From NCBI GenBank assembly GCA_905251635.1, contig CAJNOT010001887.1, positions 1 through 7,126 on the forward strand: DNA of 7,126 bases. The letters are read 5' to 3'. This DNA comes from Rotaria sordida (Eukaryota). The translations under genes were made by a program, and so were the position numbers. The notes under the pieces are model-generated. The model did not search any database, was not told where the DNA came from, and worked only from the letters and a program-made list of their open reading frames with translations. Below, piece after piece: positions 6,701-7,126 of the stretch (position 1 is the stretch's first letter; each line of letters opens with the position of its first letter).

Positions 6701-6835
6701 TTCATCATTGGATCTTTGTACACGTAATAATCGTTCAGATGATCGGGTCTTTTCTTTGTAATTCTTGATATTATTTTCAAGAATCTTTTTCCCAAATTTG
6801 TTCCATTGATTACCATTATTATTTGACGATAACAT
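3590..6835 (-). CDS. STRA6: Nine-exon gene (2802 nt, 933 codons) for a multi-pass membrane protein: STRA6-like / RBP-receptor family with an N-terminal EGF-like module
   Basis: The four large minus-strand ORFs plus five smaller segments join through eight GT..AG introns of 51, 57, 59, 58, 59, 48, 54 and 58 bp. Codon phases carry across every junction; I checked this by counting. Family call from memory of vertebrate STRA6: FRYCPILASL resembles YKYYSLLASL; IYTWEEDFQFT resembles IYTPQPGFHLP; and FYANILFLPRIDYSCFPPPLQTFDSAHKAFECFIRWELLYTYP resembles [42 protein letters not shown]. This has not been verified by a search. Confidence 0.7.
3803..3841 (-). CDS. STRA6-like gene, exon 8 (39-nt micro-exon)
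   Basis: The acceptor is ttctttctcag| at 3842. It reads (E)FSHSAQPVNTTQ. The donor is caa g|gtatgt at 3802. The phase links exon 7 to exon 9, but this is the least certain exon. Confidence 0.45.
3896..3964 (-). CDS. STRA6-like gene, exon 7
   Basis: The acceptor is gaatttag| at 3965. It reads (D)SAHKAFECFIRWELLYTYPLIL. The donor is ctc g|gtaaat at 3895. Exons 6 and 7 would form one exon if the 48-bp in-frame intron is retained. Confidence 0.55.
4013..4129 (-). CDS. STRA6-like gene, exon 6
   Basis: The acceptor is cttgaatag| at 4130. It reads (T)SFIGIISSVFRLLTSFYANILFLPRIDYSCFPPPLQTF. The donor is ttc g|gtaaga at 4012. Confidence 0.6.
4189..4839 (-). CDS. STRA6-like gene, exon 5 (TM helices plus a 7 x 10-aa repeat loop)
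   Basis: The acceptor is ttttcatag| at 4840 and the donor is ttc a|gtgagt at 4188. The frame is that of ORF 4130-4795, extended 5' through (K)IEEQSFQPEVIISA. Confidence 0.75.
4229..4438 (-). repeat. Coding tandem repeat, 7 degenerate units of 30 nt (10 aa) inside exon 5
   Basis: On the forward strand the motif ttgtaaag/ttgtgaag/ttgtaatc recurs at 4253, 4283, 4373, 4403 and 4433, with weaker copies at 4313 and 4343, giving an exact 30-nt period. The protein units are LQVQTNVVSS / SQDQGNVDST / SQIEIGPSFS / PPNQITADSD / FPRQTTTGPA / LQDETSVVSP / LQRQSSIILN. Confidence 0.7.
4898..5562 (-). CDS. STRA6-like gene, exon 4
   Basis: The acceptor is tcatttcag| at 5563 and the donor is atc a|gtatgt at 4897. 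The frame is that of ORF 4875-5513, extended 5' through (T)FRYCPILASLRFQDLR. Confidence 0.75.
5622..5805 (-). CDS. STRA6-like gene, exon 3
   Basis: It reads (R)IIEPIKPFYITDRYKTVVIVSIQMFEILEVLDETRIAVQNALESGVFVKIFIRMVFILIN with no stops. The acceptor is cctttgag| at 5806 and the donor is ac|gtaaga at 5621. The in-frame TGA at 5807-5809 lies inside the 57-bp intron. Confidence 0.65.
5863..6477 (-). CDS. STRA6-like gene, exon 2 (EGF-like module plus three predicted TM helices)
   Basis: The acceptor is aaattag| at 6478 and the donor is tcg a|gtattt at 5862. It encodes LLDRCVNNIKCGKHGRCVNSQTDFKCLCSFPYNGTYCD followed by the hydrophobic runs IQLLIAIPIVILAPILL, SIFVSIVSLVFFLILIG and IIFFIFSIGISVILIIF. 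Confidence 0.75.
6368..6466 (-). other. EGF-like domain coding segment within exon 2
   Basis: The cysteine spacing is canonical six-Cys EGF, C-x5-C-x5-C-x8-C-x-C-x8-C: C VNNIK C GKHGR C VNSQTDFK C L C SFPYNGTY C. An aromatic-x-G-x-x-C ending is also present. Confidence 0.75.
6529..6835 (-). CDS. STRA6-like gene, exon 1 (start codon 6833-6835)
   Basis: The ORF reads MLSSNNNGNQWNKFGKK...AYAHLCQY. The donor is tat t|gtaagt at 6528. This is the first ATG after in-frame stops upstream. No signal peptide is visible. Confidence 0.6.
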
Positions 6836-6852
6836 ATTGATGATTTTTGCAC

Positions 6853-6895
6853 CTAATTAAATCTATTTATCCTTGACATGATATTTTATCTTTAC
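6853..6895 (-). other. Possible 43-bp intron in the 5' UTR of the STRA6-like gene
   Basis: The minus strand reads ctg|gtaaagataaaatatcatgtcaaggataaatagatttaattag|gtgc, just upstream of the ATG at 6835. It would remove a short upstream ATG. This is purely motif-based. Confidence 0.2.
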
Positions 6896-7012
6896 CAGTT
6901 AGGATACCCGCTTGCCTCTCTCCCCCTCTCGTGAGAAGAGTGTATGTAGTTAAGTATATGACGCTTTGGATGAGTGAATAATATTCTCCCTTTATTGGAA
7001 AAAAACACGAAG

Positions 7013-7020
7013 TATATATA
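7013..7020 (-). promoter_or_regulatory. TATA-box candidate (tatatata) upstream of the STRA6-like gene
   Basis: The minus strand reads cttcctatatatacttcg, about 180 bp upstream of the start codon. Position and orientation suit a core promoter, but chance occurrence in AT-rich DNA is likely. Confidence 0.25.
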
Positions 7021-7126
7021 GGAAGAGAAAAGTGGACTAGTCAGGGAAGAAGTTGAGAGTTTCTTTGTCTGATTGAAAATGAACAACAAGTAGAGTTACA
7101 ACAAAAGACGTCAGTGAAGAAGAATA

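Noticed and set aside
6892-7089. ORF 6892-7089 (-) as an upstream coding exon supplying a signal peptide
   Set aside because: Splicing its terminal …aac tg|gtaaag donor to the acceptor at 6853 lands out of frame with the MLSS… start and stops within about 10 codons. The ORF also covers the TATA-like element, so it is more likely promoter or 5' UTR.
1-7126. A prokaryotic-style multi-gene system (defence island, operon, CRISPR array, toxin-antitoxin pair)
   Set aside because: The ORFs on the minus strand are exons of one spliced gene with consistent GT..AG introns of 48-59 bp. There are no tightly packed co-directional ORFs with ribosome-binding sites, no spacer-repeat arrays, and no phage or plasmid hallmarks. 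The sequence is eukaryotic, so I am not claiming such a system.

Overview
The window is AT-rich and reads as eukaryotic (metazoan) nuclear DNA, not prokaryotic. The long minus-strand ORFs join into one frame-consistent gene through eight GT..AG introns of 48-59 bp. There are no operon-like gene arrays, CRISPR repeats, rRNA or tRNA genes. My guess at the source is a bdelloid-rotifer-like genome. That rests on the intron size class, the base composition, a class-A GPCR of the type expanded in rotifers, and TGTGGG-type motifs; it is inference, not proof. Contents in order: (1) 572-1565 (+) is an intronless rhodopsin-like GPCR that appears to be a pseudogene, with one in-frame TAG and one +1 frameshift. 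(2) About 1566-3589 is a gene-poor spacer. It holds several small repeat and hairpin structures, a GC-richer island with telomere-like GGGTGT units, and a broken coding relic on the minus strand. (3) 3590-6835 (-) is a 9-exon, 933-codon gene for a multi-pass membrane protein. I recognise it as STRA6-like (retinol-binding-protein receptor family). It has an unexpected N-terminal EGF-like module and a 7 x 30-nt coding tandem repeat. I found no defence-island or other multi-gene system; the most unusual item is the EGF plus STRA6-like architecture. All coordinates and alignments were done by hand, and no database search was possible.
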